Shown: one piece after another, positions 9,007-17,464 of the stretch
Numbering within the stretch: the first letter of the stretch is position 1
Layout: each line of letters opens with the position of its first letter
Source: Lachnospiraceae bacterium
GTDB taxonomy: Bacteria; Bacillota; Clostridia; Lachnospirales; Lachnospiraceae
Reading direction: 5' to 3'
Assembly (NCBI GenBank): GCA_045600745.1
Contig: JAZRYN010000218.1
Coordinates: forward strand, 1 to 28,079
Length of the DNA stretch: 28,079 bases
The notes under the pieces: model-generated
Told to the model about the DNA's origin: nothing
Database searches by the model: none
The model's input: the letters and a program-made list of their open reading frames with translations, nothing else
Made by a program: the position numbers and the translations under genes

Positions 9007-10227
9007 TTACATTCTTACCCGGCAATAGTTTTTCTTGCCGCGGCGGAGGAGGATGCCTTCGCCCTGCAGCTTATCCGCGGGGTAGACCGTCTTAAAGTCC
9101 GTGACCTTCTCGCCGTCCGCACTGACGCCGCCCTGCTCCACGGCTCGTCTTCCGTCGGAGCGGGTCTGTACAAGTGCGGATCTGACCAGAAGGCTGACAA
9201 TATCAATGCTTCCGTTTTGCATGTCTTCTTCCTTCAGGACGCAGGTCGGCACATTCTCCGCTGCCCCGCCGGAAAAGAGCGCCCGGGATGCTGCTCTTGC
9301 CTTTTCCGCCTCTTCCTCGCCATGCACATCACGGGTGAGCTCATACGCCAGGATCTCCTTGGCTTCATTGAGCTTGCTTCCCTCCCATTTTGACATTTCA
9401 TCGATCTGGGCAAGCGGCAGGAAGGTCAGCATACGGATACACTTGATCACATCGGCATCGTCTGTATTGCGCCAGTACTGATAGAATTCGTAAGGGCTCG
9501 TCTTATTCGGATCTAACCACACGGCGTTTCCGGCCGTCTTGCCCATTTTATTGCCGTTTGAGTCGGTAAGGAGCCTGATCGTCATCGCATACGCGTCCTT
9601 GCCGAGCTTGCGGCGGACCAGCTCCGTGCCGCCGAGCATATTGCTCCACTGATCGTCCCCGCCGAATTCCATGTTGCAGCCGTAATTTTGGAAAAGATAA
9701 TAGAAATCATAGCTCTGCATGATCATATAGTTGAATTCCAGGAAGGAAAGCCCCTTCTCCATGCGCTGCCGGTAGCATTCCGCGCGCAGCATATTGTTCA
9801 CGGAAAAATGGGGCCCGACATCCCGGATAAAGTCGATATAGTTTAAGTTCTGCAGCCAGTCGGCGTTATTTAACATAAGCGCCTTTCCTTCGCCGAACTC
9901 AATAAAGCGCTCCATCTGCTTCTTGAAGCAGCGGGCATTGTGGTCGATATCCTCGCGGCTCAGCATCTTGCGCATGTCGGTCCGGCCGGTCGGATCGCCG
10001 ATCATCGTCGTCCCTCCGCCGAGCAGCACGATCGGCCTGTTGCCGGCCTGCTGAAGGCGCTTCATCAGCGTAAGCGCCATAAAATGACCGGCCGTCAGGC
10101 TGTCCGCCGTGCAGTCAAATCCGATATAAAAGGTTGCTTTGCCCTCGTTGATCAGGCTGCGGATCTCTTCTTCATTGGTCACCTGCGCGATCAGACCGCG
10201 GGCAACCAGCTCGTCATATAAAGTCAT
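9007..10227 (-). CDS. tyrS: Tyrosyl-tRNA synthetase
   Basis: GFDCTADSL-TAGH, IGDPTGR, EFNYMIMQSYDF, GGDDQWSNM, KMGKT and a C-terminal S4-like domain. Confidence 0.96.
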   Translation of the reverse strand: MTLYDELVARGLIAQVTNEEEIRSLINEGKATFYIGFDCTADSLTAGHFMALTLMKRLQQAGNRPIVLLGGGTTMIGDPTGRTDMRKMLSREDIDHNARCFKKQMERFIEFGEGKALMLNNADWLQNLNYIDFIRDVGPHFSVNNMLRAECYRQRMEKGLSFLEFNYMIMQSYDFYYLFQNYGCNMEFGGDDQWSNMLGGTELVRRKLGKDAYAMTIRLLTDSNGNKMGKTAGNAVWLDPNKTSPYEFYQYWRNTDDADVIKCIRMLTFLPLAQIDEMSKWEGSKLNEAKEILAYELTRDVHGEEEAEKARAASRALFSGGAAENVPTCVLKEEDMQNGSIDIVSLLVRSALVQTRSDGRRAVEQGGVSADGEKVTDFKTVYPADKLQGEGILLRRGKKNYCRVRM

Positions 10228-10256
10228 CGTATGACTCCTTATCCAGATTTTGCCTT

Positions 10257-10285
10257 ATCATACAATAATTGCCTTGTAAAGTCAA
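10257..10285 (-). promoter_or_regulatory. sigmaA-type promoter for tyrS
   Basis: TTGACT-17 nt-TATGAT, 29 nt upstream of the ATG. Confidence 0.7.
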
Positions 10286-10345
10286 ATCGACGCTTCTTTC
10301 CGTTAAAATATCTTCATCGGCAGGACATCATTCTTCAATCCGTTC

Positions 10346-10374
10346 TTGCAAATCATTTCCGGCTCTGATAGAAT
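10346..10374 (+). promoter_or_regulatory. sigmaA-type promoter for upp
   Basis: TTGCAA-17 nt-TAGAAT with extended -10 TG. Confidence 0.7.
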
Positions 10375-10409
10375 GAAGCAGAAAATTAAATCGGAAAGAG
10401 GTGCACTCT

Positions 10410-11048
10410 ATGGAAAACATGGACAATGTGACGATCCTGACCCATCCGCTCATTAAGCACAAAATTACGATCCTTCGCGACGTCAACACCGGAACGAACG
10501 AATTCAGGAAGCTCGTTGAAGAAATCGCCACCCTGATGGGCTATGAGGCGCTCCGCGATCTTCCGCTTGAAGATACGACAGTCACTACTCCGATCGAGAC
10601 CTGCCAGTCACCGATCATCAGCGGCCGCAAGCTTGCTATCGTACCCATCCTGCGTGCCGGTCTCGGCATGGTTGACGGCATCCTGAATCTGACGCCCACC
10701 GCCAAAGTCGGTCATATCGGTCTTTACCGCGATCCCGTAACGCACGAGCCTCACGAATATTACTGCAAGCTGCCGAGCCCGATCGAGGAACGGACCATCA
10801 TCCTCGTTGACCCGATGCTTGCCACCGGCGGCAGCGCCGTTGACGCCGTTCGCATGATCAAGGAGCACGGCGGCAAGAAGATCAAATTCATGTGCATCAT
10901 CGCTGCCCCGGAGGGATTGGAAAGACTGCACAAGGAATGCCCCGACGTCCAGATCTATGTCGGCAATCTTGACCGCTGCCTGAACGAAAACAAATACATC
11001 ATGCCCGGTCTCGGTGATGCCGGCGACCGCATTTTTGGAACCAAATAA
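10410..11048 (+). CDS. upp: Uracil phosphoribosyltransferase
   Basis: [21 protein letters not shown] motif DPMLATGGS and PGLGDAGDR. Start moved to ATG 10410 (RBS AGAGGTG). Confidence 0.96.
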   Translation: MENMDNVTILTHPLIKHKITILRDVNTGTNEFRKLVEEIATLMGYEALRDLPLEDTTVTTPIETCQSPIISGRKLAIVPILRAGLGMVDGILNLTPTAKVGHIGLYRDPVTHEPHEYYCKLPSPIEERTIILVDPMLATGGSAVDAVRMIKEHGGKKIKFMCIIAAPEGLERLHKECPDVQIYVGNLDRCLNENKYIMPGLGDAGDRIFGTK

Positions 11049-11109
11049 AACGATATTGCTGACGGCGGCCGACCAGATCACGGCCGCCGCAGCGCTGTAA
11101 GGAGCTCCT

Positions 11110-11688
11110 ATGTCCGAACCGCTCATCGACAGTCATATGAGTCTTGAAAAAGCATGGCGTCATTTCTCAACGATCACGAAGCACCGCCATCTTGTCATGC
11201 GTTACTGCTTCCGCTGCGGACTATACCGTCAGGGCCTGCTGCATGACCTGTCCAAATATTCTCCTTCCGAGTTTCTGAAGGGCGCCCGTTACTATCAGGG
11301 AACGCAGAGTCCGAATAATGCCGAGCGGAAGGATGTCGGCTATTCCCTTGCCTGGCTGCATCATAAAGGCAGGAATCGCCACCATTATGAGTATTGGATG
11401 GACTATGCACAACGATCGGGAGACGGCCGTCCGGGCTTCGGGCCGGTCGAGATGCCCAACCGCTATATTCTGGAAATGTTCTGCGACCGCGTGGCGGCCT
11501 GCCGCATTTATCATCCGAACGACTTCACGAATGAGATGCCGCTTCATTATCTGACCTCACATCAGATGCAGCATCTGATTGCCCCCGAAACGTTAAGAAA
11601 GCTGACCGTGCTATTGGAGCTTTACCGTGACAAAGGTGACGAGGCCTTTGACGACGTCAAAAAAGCCCTGAGAAGATCGTCAGTCTGA
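11110..11688 (+). CDS. Conserved HD-like metal-binding protein (resembles DUF5662 family)
   Basis: His-rich motifs LHDLSK, WLHHKGRNRHHYEYW and EMFCDR. The start may be 11110 or 11137. Confidence 0.7.
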   Translation: MSEPLIDSHMSLEKAWRHFSTITKHRHLVMRYCFRCGLYRQGLLHDLSKYSPSEFLKGARYYQGTQSPNNAERKDVGYSLAWLHHKGRNRHHYEYWMDYAQRSGDGRPGFGPVEMPNRYILEMFCDRVAACRIYHPNDFTNEMPLHYLTSHQMQHLIAPETLRKLTVLLELYRDKGDEAFDDVKKALRRSSV

Positions 11689-11730
11689 AAAAAGTCCCCT
11701 CTGCCGTAAGCCGGTAAAGGGGACTTTTTT
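11688..11730. terminator. Bidirectional intrinsic terminator between convergent genes
   Basis: AAAAAAGTCCCCT...AGGGGACTTTTTT inverted repeat with A/T tracts on both sides. Confidence 0.85.
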
Positions 11731-11754
11731 CGGTCGGAGACGCAGCGCTTTGTC

Positions 11755-13278
11755 TTAGCGTAAGGACTCCTCCGTGCGGCTGCCTGAGCCCCTCTTTTCG
11801 GCTCGCCCGTAGGTCTCCGCAAGATCGCGGATCCTTGCTGCCAGCTTGTCGTTGATCTCTCCCTTCAGCATTCGCCATTGCCAGTTGCCGGTCACCGTTC
11901 CGGGGCAGTTCATGGCATGGCCTTTTCCCAGCCCGAGATAATCCTGCATCTGTGCAACAAAGAGCCTGGCAACACTCCCCATGCCGCCTCTGATCACGCC
12001 CCAGTGAAACGGCTCATCCTCGCGGATCGAAAGATATTTCCGGGCAAAGGCGATATCTTCCTCATCCGCCTCTTCCTCCCATTGCACTAACGGGCAATTA
12101 TCATGCGTTGTCGTATAGCAGACGCTGTTCGCCGTATGATTATGCGGCAGATAATGGCTTTGCTCCCCGGCGTCAAAAGCAAATTCAAGCACCTTCATGC
12201 CCGGCCAGCCGGATCTCTCAAGCAGCTGCTTAACGCTGTCCCGCGGGGCGCCGAGATCCTCTGCGATAAACTCTATGTTCGGGAACCAGCCCTTCAGGGC
12301 CCCGATCAGTTCCATGCCGGGCCCGTTGTTCCAGCGGCCGTTCCTTGCGGTCGCAGAGCCGTTTGGTACCGACCAGTAGGTGTCAAGGCCGCGAAAATGA
12401 TCGATCCGGATAATATCATAGAGCTTTGAGGCCGCATCGATCCTCCTGATCCACCAGCCGTAGCCGTCTGCCTTCATGGCTTCCCAGTCATAGAGCGGAT
12501 TTCCCCACAGCTGCCCGTCTTCGCTGAAATAATCCGGCGGGACCCCCGCTACCTCGAGGGGCACATTTTTCTCATCAAGCTCAAAAAAACCGGGCTCCGC
12601 CCAGACATCAGCGCTGTCCATGGCCGCATAGATCGGCAGATCACCGATGATCCGAATGCCTTTGGCATGGATGTGATCTCTCAGCTGATTCCATTGCCGG
12701 TAATATAGAAACTGAATGTAGGTAAACAGCTCGACATCGTCCCGGTACATCTCGCGGTAGAGCTTCAGCGTTTCTTTATCACGCCGAAGGCGGATATCCT
12801 CCGGCCATTCCGTCCAGGGCTTCATGCCGTTATGCCGCTTGCATGCCATAAATAAAGCGTAATCGGGCAGCCACGACTCGTTTTCCCGGACAAAGGCCTC
12901 CACCTCCTCCCTGTCACGGGGCAGGCCGCGTTCCGCCGCAATACGCAGGACCTCAAGGCGGTTTTGGTAGAGCTTTCCGTAATCCACGTAGCGCGGATTG
13001 CTACCCCATTCGCGAAACTCCACTTCCTCCCGTCTGAGGAGGCCTTCCCCGATCAGCATATCCAGATCGATAAAATACGGATTTCCCGCAGCCGAGGAAA
13101 AGCTCTGGTAAGGCGAATCGCCGCAGCCCGTCGGGCCGAGGGGGAGCATCTGCCAGCAGCGCTGTCCGGCCCTCGCAAGAAAATCCGCAAATTCGTAAGC
13201 AGTGCGCCCGCATGTCCCGAGCCCGTAGGGGGCAGGAAGTGACGAGACTGCCATAAGAATACCGCTGCTTCTGTTCAT
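11755..13278 (-). CDS. malQ: 4-alpha-glucanotransferase (amylomaltase, GH77)
   Basis: WQMLPLGP, DSPYQS, GQLWGNP and the catalytic motifs RIDHFRG, IAEDLG and THDN. Confidence 0.95.
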   Translation of the reverse strand: MNRSSGILMAVSSLPAPYGLGTCGRTAYEFADFLARAGQRCWQMLPLGPTGCGDSPYQSFSSAAGNPYFIDLDMLIGEGLLRREEVEFREWGSNPRYVDYGKLYQNRLEVLRIAAERGLPRDREEVEAFVRENESWLPDYALFMACKRHNGMKPWTEWPEDIRLRRDKETLKLYREMYRDDVELFTYIQFLYYRQWNQLRDHIHAKGIRIIGDLPIYAAMDSADVWAEPGFFELDEKNVPLEVAGVPPDYFSEDGQLWGNPLYDWEAMKADGYGWWIRRIDAASKLYDIIRIDHFRGLDTYWSVPNGSATARNGRWNNGPGMELIGALKGWFPNIEFIAEDLGAPRDSVKQLLERSGWPGMKVLEFAFDAGEQSHYLPHNHTANSVCYTTTHDNCPLVQWEEEADEEDIAFARKYLSIREDEPFHWGVIRGGMGSVARLFVAQMQDYLGLGKGHAMNCPGTVTGNWQWRMLKGEINDKLAARIRDLAETYGRAEKRGSGSRTEESLR

Positions 13279-13318
13279 CGTGGTCTACCTTTCATTTTTT
13301 CCGATCAAAGGACAACAT

Positions 13319-13338
13319 AAGGCGCCCGAAGGCGCCTT
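13319..13338 (-). terminator. Stable hairpin between the Lrp/AsnC gene and malQ (weak terminator or stabiliser)
   Basis: On the minus strand, AAGGCGCC-UUCG-GGCGCCUU with a C(UUCG)G tetraloop and only a poor U-tract. Confidence 0.45.
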
Positions 13339-13341
13339 TTC

Positions 13342-13800
13342 TTATTCCTCTTCCGTATTTTCGGCTTCGCTGCTCATGATCCCCCTAGCAGGAACCGGTG
13401 TGCTGAATACGATATTCGTTTCCGTAGTGCCGTATTTCTGAACCTGGTCAACAAAGCGGTTCAGGTCGACCGTAGACGGAAAAGCTGCTTTGAGGAGCAT
13501 CGAATACGTGCCGGAAACATTATTGCATTCCAGGACGTTCGGCGTACTCTTCACAAAATCGATAAATGACGGCTTCTGCTTCGGATTCATCTCGACATTG
13601 ATAAAAACCGTAATAGGATACCCCATCCTGTCGAGATTCGCATCAGCATGATAGCCGTTGATGACGCCTTCCCGCTCAAGCTTGTCAATGCGCGCCGCCA
13701 CCGCAGGCGACGACAAATAGACACGTTCGGAAAGCTGTTTTAAAGAATACCGCGCATTTTCCTGCAGCAGACGAAGCAGCTTTTTATCAATATGGTCCAT
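13342..13800 (-). CDS. Lrp/AsnC family transcriptional regulator
   Basis: MDHIDKKLLRLLQENAR HTH, LEREGVINGY and LECNNVSG. Start placed at ATG 13800 (RBS AAGGTGG); 13815 is the alternative. Confidence 0.9.
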   Translation of the reverse strand: MDHIDKKLLRLLQENARYSLKQLSERVYLSSPAVAARIDKLEREGVINGYHADANLDRMGYPITVFINVEMNPKQKPSFIDFVKSTPNVLECNNVSGTYSMLLKAAFPSTVDLNRFVDQVQKYGTTETNIVFSTPVPARGIMSSEAENTEEE

Positions 13801-13829
13801 CCTGTCCACCTTCATCTCTTAATAAAATT

Positions 13830-13858
13830 AATCTACCACAAAAGAAATGAAAGCGCAA
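13830..13858 (-). promoter_or_regulatory. sigmaA-type promoter for the Lrp/AsnC gene
   Basis: TTGCGC-17 nt-TAGATT with extended -10 TG, in an AT-rich context. Confidence 0.5.
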
Positions 13859-13905
13859 GCATTTTTTTTGTTCAAAACTTAATTGATCCGATAAGAATCG
13901 CAAGT

Positions 13906-14601
13906 TCAGTCGGATCTAAGCGTTCTGGCGCCGAACAGCGCGGTCCCGACCCGAATAAGAGTTGCTCCTTCCTCGACGGCGACCGTATAGTCCCCGCTCA
14001 TCCCCATCGAAAGCTCCGAAAGGCGGATCCCGGGCAGGCCGAGCGCATTTATTTCATCCTTAAGGGCTCTCATAGCGCGGAAATAGGGTCTGTTTTCCTC
14101 CGGGTCCTTGACCGGCGGAGCAATACACATCAGCCCCTTTACCGAAAGATGAGGCAGAGTCCCCATAAAACGGACAAGCTCGATGGCTTCATGACGTGCG
14201 ATTCCGTGTTTGGTCGCCTCCTCCGCGATATTGACCTCGGCAAGCACCGGCATTACGATCTTCCTTTTGGCCGCGATCCGTTCGATCTCCTCCGCCAGAA
14301 CCGCAGAGGATACCGAATGGATCATCGCCGCGCTGCCGACAAGGTATTTGACTTTGTTTTTCTGCAGATTGCCGATGAAGTGCCACCTTGCCGTATCGGA
14401 GCATGCCGCCTTTTTGGCCAGCATTTCCTGGGCCTTGTTTTCCCCGAAATCCCGCTGTCCGGCAGCAAGCGCCTCCATAACAGCCGACGCCGGATTTGTT
14501 TTGCTGACGGCAATGAGGGTCACCTCGCTCCGGTCTCTTCCGGCTCTTTCACAGGCTTCGTCGATTCTCCGGTCAACGGCTTCCCATTTTTCGGCAAACA
14601 T
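13906..14601 (-). CDS. yggS: PLP homeostasis protein (YggS/PROSC family)
   Basis: LIAVSKT (PLP Lys), DFGENKAQE, WHFIGNLQKNK, LSMGMSGDY and RVGTALFG. Confidence 0.94.
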   Translation of the reverse strand: MFAEKWEAVDRRIDEACERAGRDRSEVTLIAVSKTNPASAVMEALAAGQRDFGENKAQEMLAKKAACSDTARWHFIGNLQKNKVKYLVGSAAMIHSVSSAVLAEEIERIAAKRKIVMPVLAEVNIAEEATKHGIARHEAIELVRFMGTLPHLSVKGLMCIAPPVKDPEENRPYFRAMRALKDEINALGLPGIRLSELSMGMSGDYTVAVEEGATLIRVGTALFGARTLRSD

Positions 14602-14602
14602 A

Positions 14603-15925
14603 TTATTCCTCCTGCATCAGGTTTTCCTCGGAAAGAGCTGCCGACAAATACATCCCCGGCGCACCGTTCCCGCAGGCAAGCTTTACCTTGATATATTCCG
14701 GCGTGAAGCCGATCCAGCCGTCAGGCTCACCCTCCGCGCGTGTCTCAAGCAGGACCTCCCCGATCTCCCCCAGGTGCTGCTTAAGATAAGCCTGACGGCT
14801 GCGGCGTCCAAGCTCGATCAGAGCCTTGCTCCGAGCCGCTTTGACCGCTTCCGGTACCTGATCCGGCATTCTGTCCGCGGCGGTGCCCTTTCGCCGCGAA
14901 TAGCGGAAAACATGTATCTGACTGAAGCTGACCTTTTCGAGGAAACGCATCGTTTTCTCGAACTCTTCTTCCGTTTCTCCCGGAAATCCGGCAATCACAT
15001 CCGTTGTCAGGGCCGGTCTGTCAAAGAGCTTCCGCAAAAGCTCCGTTTTTTCATAGAATTCTCCGGTCGTATATTTACGGTTCATCCGGGCAAGCGTTTC
15101 ATCACACCCGCTTTGAAGAGAGAGATGAAAATGAGGGCACAGATGCCTGAGCGCCGCAAGCCTTTCCGCATTTTCCGCCGTGATGAGGCGGGGTTCGAGA
15201 CTCCCGAGCCTGATCCTTTTTATGCCGCTTACATGGTCAAGACGCTCTAACAGCGAAATAAGCGGCGCACCGTATGCGGCGGTATTCCCTGCATCGCCCT
15301 TCATATCAAGACCGTAAGAGCTTAAATGGATCCCGGTCAGAACGATCTCCGAAAAGCCTTTTTCCGCGAGCCTTTCCGCTTCTTCAAGCACATCCTCTTC
15401 CCCTCTGCTTCTCACTCTTCCGCGGACGTAGGGGATCAGGCAGTAGCTACAGAACTGATTGCAGCCGTCCTCGATCTTAAGAAAGGCTCTGGTATGCTCC
15501 GAGCAGTCAGCCGGCATCTCCTCAAAGCTGCGGCTTTTTCCGATATCATCAAGCGCCGACTGCTTTTCCCGGCTTTCGAACCATGCGCTCAGAAGCTCCG
15601 GCAGATCACGCTTTCGGTCATTTCCGATCAGAATATCCACCGCTTCGTCCTGCAGCAGCTTCTCTCCCGCCGCCTGCGCGTAGCACCCGACGGCAACCAC
15701 TGCCGCATGGGGATTCCGCGCCTTTGCCCGGTGAAGCATCTGCCGGGACTTGCGGTTGGCAATATTGGTCACGGTGCAGGTGTTGACCACGTATACGTCT
15801 GCCTGCTCCTCAAAGGGGACCTCCTCGCAGCCGTACTCCTTCAGGGCGGCCAGCATCGCTTCCGTTTCGTAGCTGTTTACCTTACATCCAAGATTATGAA
15901 AGGCTACCCGAATTTTTTTCTCCAT
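14603..15925 (-). CDS. mtaB: tRNA t6A37 methylthiotransferase (radical SAM)
   Basis: GCKVNSYE, NTCTVT and GCYAQ UPF0004 cysteines, CNQFCSYC radical-SAM motif, and EIVLTGIHLSSYG typical of MtaB. Confidence 0.9.
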   Translation of the reverse strand: MEKKIRVAFHNLGCKVNSYETEAMLAALKEYGCEEVPFEEQADVYVVNTCTVTNIANRKSRQMLHRAKARNPHAAVVAVGCYAQAAGEKLLQDEAVDILIGNDRKRDLPELLSAWFESREKQSALDDIGKSRSFEEMPADCSEHTRAFLKIEDGCNQFCSYCLIPYVRGRVRSRGEEDVLEEAERLAEKGFSEIVLTGIHLSSYGLDMKGDAGNTAAYGAPLISLLERLDHVSGIKRIRLGSLEPRLITAENAERLAALRHLCPHFHLSLQSGCDETLARMNRKYTTGEFYEKTELLRKLFDRPALTTDVIAGFPGETEEEFEKTMRFLEKVSFSQIHVFRYSRRKGTAADRMPDQVPEAVKAARSKALIELGRRSRQAYLKQHLGEIGEVLLETRAEGEPDGWIGFTPEYIKVKLACGNGAPGMYLSAALSEENLMQEE

Positions 15926-15935
15926 GTTTTCCGCC

Positions 15936-15963
15936 TTGACTTTTATAGGAAATGTTTTATACT
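15936..15963 (+). promoter_or_regulatory. sigmaA-type promoter for the HPr-like gene
   Basis: TTGACT-16 nt-TATACT. Confidence 0.55.
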
Positions 15964-16002
15964 GAAATCAGCTAAAGGCTCGCCAACCGAAAGGAGTATA
16001 CC

Positions 16003-16233
16003 ATGCATACTTTGACGATCAAATTAGATTCCATTGACAGGGTCAAAGATTTTGTCCGTATCATCACCGGCTTTGATAACGATTTCGATCTGCGCTCCGG
16101 CCGCTACACGGTAGACGCCAAATCGATCCTCGGCATCTTTAGTCTGGACCTTTCCCGGCCGATCGAACTGGATATCTACGGCAGCGACGATCTGGATGCC
16201 GTTATCGAAGCCTTAAAGCCGTTTGAAGACTGA
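16003..16233 (+). CDS. HPr-family protein lacking the phosphocarrier His
   Basis: VDAKSILGIFSL matches the HPr Ser46 region, but there is no GxHARP motif. RBS AAAGGAG. Confidence 0.85.
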   Translation: MHTLTIKLDSIDRVKDFVRIITGFDNDFDLRSGRYTVDAKSILGIFSLDLSRPIELDIYGSDDLDAVIEALKPFED

Positions 16234-16241
16234 CCTTTACG

Positions 16242-16265
16242 AAAGAGGCGAAAGCCTCTTTTTTT
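16242..16265. terminator. Intrinsic terminator shared by the HPr-like gene and convergent thiI
   Basis: AAAGAGGC-GAAA-GCCTCTTT followed by TTTT. Confidence 0.8.
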
Positions 16266-17448
16266 AACGGGCACAGACGATGCAGGTCTCTCCCTCCGCC
16301 GCCTGTCTGACGAGCTCATCCACCCGCGGCTCCAGCCCCTCCTCCGAACGTCTGATGATACCGGCATTCGGTTTGGTCACCGGATGCTAGGCCACAAAGA
16401 TCGTGCAGCAATCCTCGTAAGGCAGGATAGAGGTCTCAAAGGTTCCGATCTGTTCCGCAATGGCGATGATGTCCTTCTTGTCGAAGGCAATGAGCGGCCG
16501 GAACACCGGCAAGGTACAGACTTCATTGGTGCAGGCAAGGCTCTGCATCGTCTGAGACGCGACCTGTCCCAGCGATTCGCCGGTAATCAGAGACTGACAG
16601 CCTTCTTTCTTGGCGATCTCCTCCGCGATCCGCATCATATAGCGCCGCATGATGATGGTCAGCTCATCGTGGGGCGCATTTTCGTAGATATGCAGCTGGA
16701 TGTCGGTAAAATTCACCACATGCAGCCTGATCGGTCCGGCGTAACGGGAAACAAGCTCTGCCAGCTCCATGACCTTCTGTTTTGCCCTCTCGCTGGTATA
16801 GGGCGGAGCATGGAAGTAGACCGCTTCCAGCATGACGCCCCTCTTTGCCATCATCCAGCCGGCAACAGGGCTGTCGATGCCGCCTGAAAGAAGAAGCATG
16901 GACTTGCCCGATGAACCGATCGGCATACCGCCCGGTCCGGGAACGGTTTCCGAATAGAAATTGACCTTTTCTCTGATCTCGATACGCAGCAGGATATCCG
17001 GCTCATGCACATCCACATGAACGGACGGGCAGGCAGAAAGGATCGCCTCTCCGACCTTGTAATTGATCTCCTGAGAGTCTAAGGGATAGCTCTTGTCGGC
17101 GCGGGTCGCAAGCACCTTAAAGCTGCCGGAAAAGCCGGGATGAGCCTTGATAAAGTATTCGACCGCCGCCTCGATCAGTTCTTCCGGCGGCATTTTTTCT
17201 TTCTGCACCACGGGGCAGATACCGCTGATCCCGAAGACCGTCTGCAGCTGCTCTATCGCCTCTTCCCGGTCAAAGGGCTCCGAAGCGGCGGCATAAATGC
17301 GGCCCGAAGTCTTACTGACGGAAAAATTCCCGGGAATACGTTTCAGCGCTGTGTTGATGCGGCTGACAAGCTTGTCCTCAAAAATGTAGCGGTTCTTGCC
17401 TTTAATGCCGATCTCTGCATATTTGATCAAAAATGCCTGATAATCCAT
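16264..17448 (-). pseudogene. thiI: tRNA 4-thiouridine(8) synthase ThiI interrupted by an in-frame TAG at 16387-16389 (nonsense allele, sequence error or readthrough)
   Basis: ATG 17448 (RBS AGGAG), IKYAEIGIKGKNR, THUMP domain, PP-loop SGGIDS, TGESLGQVASQT and EDCC. Then TIFVA-TAG-HPVTKP, continuing 40 codons to TAA at 16264-16266. Gene identity is secure; functional status is not. Confidence 0.8.
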
Positions 17449-17464
17449 AGTCGTCTCCTGATGC

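Noticed and set aside
12091-12117. malQ YTTTHDN and mtaB KIEDGC deviations from the commonest consensus
   Set aside because: Catalytic residues are intact in both, and these positions vary among family members.
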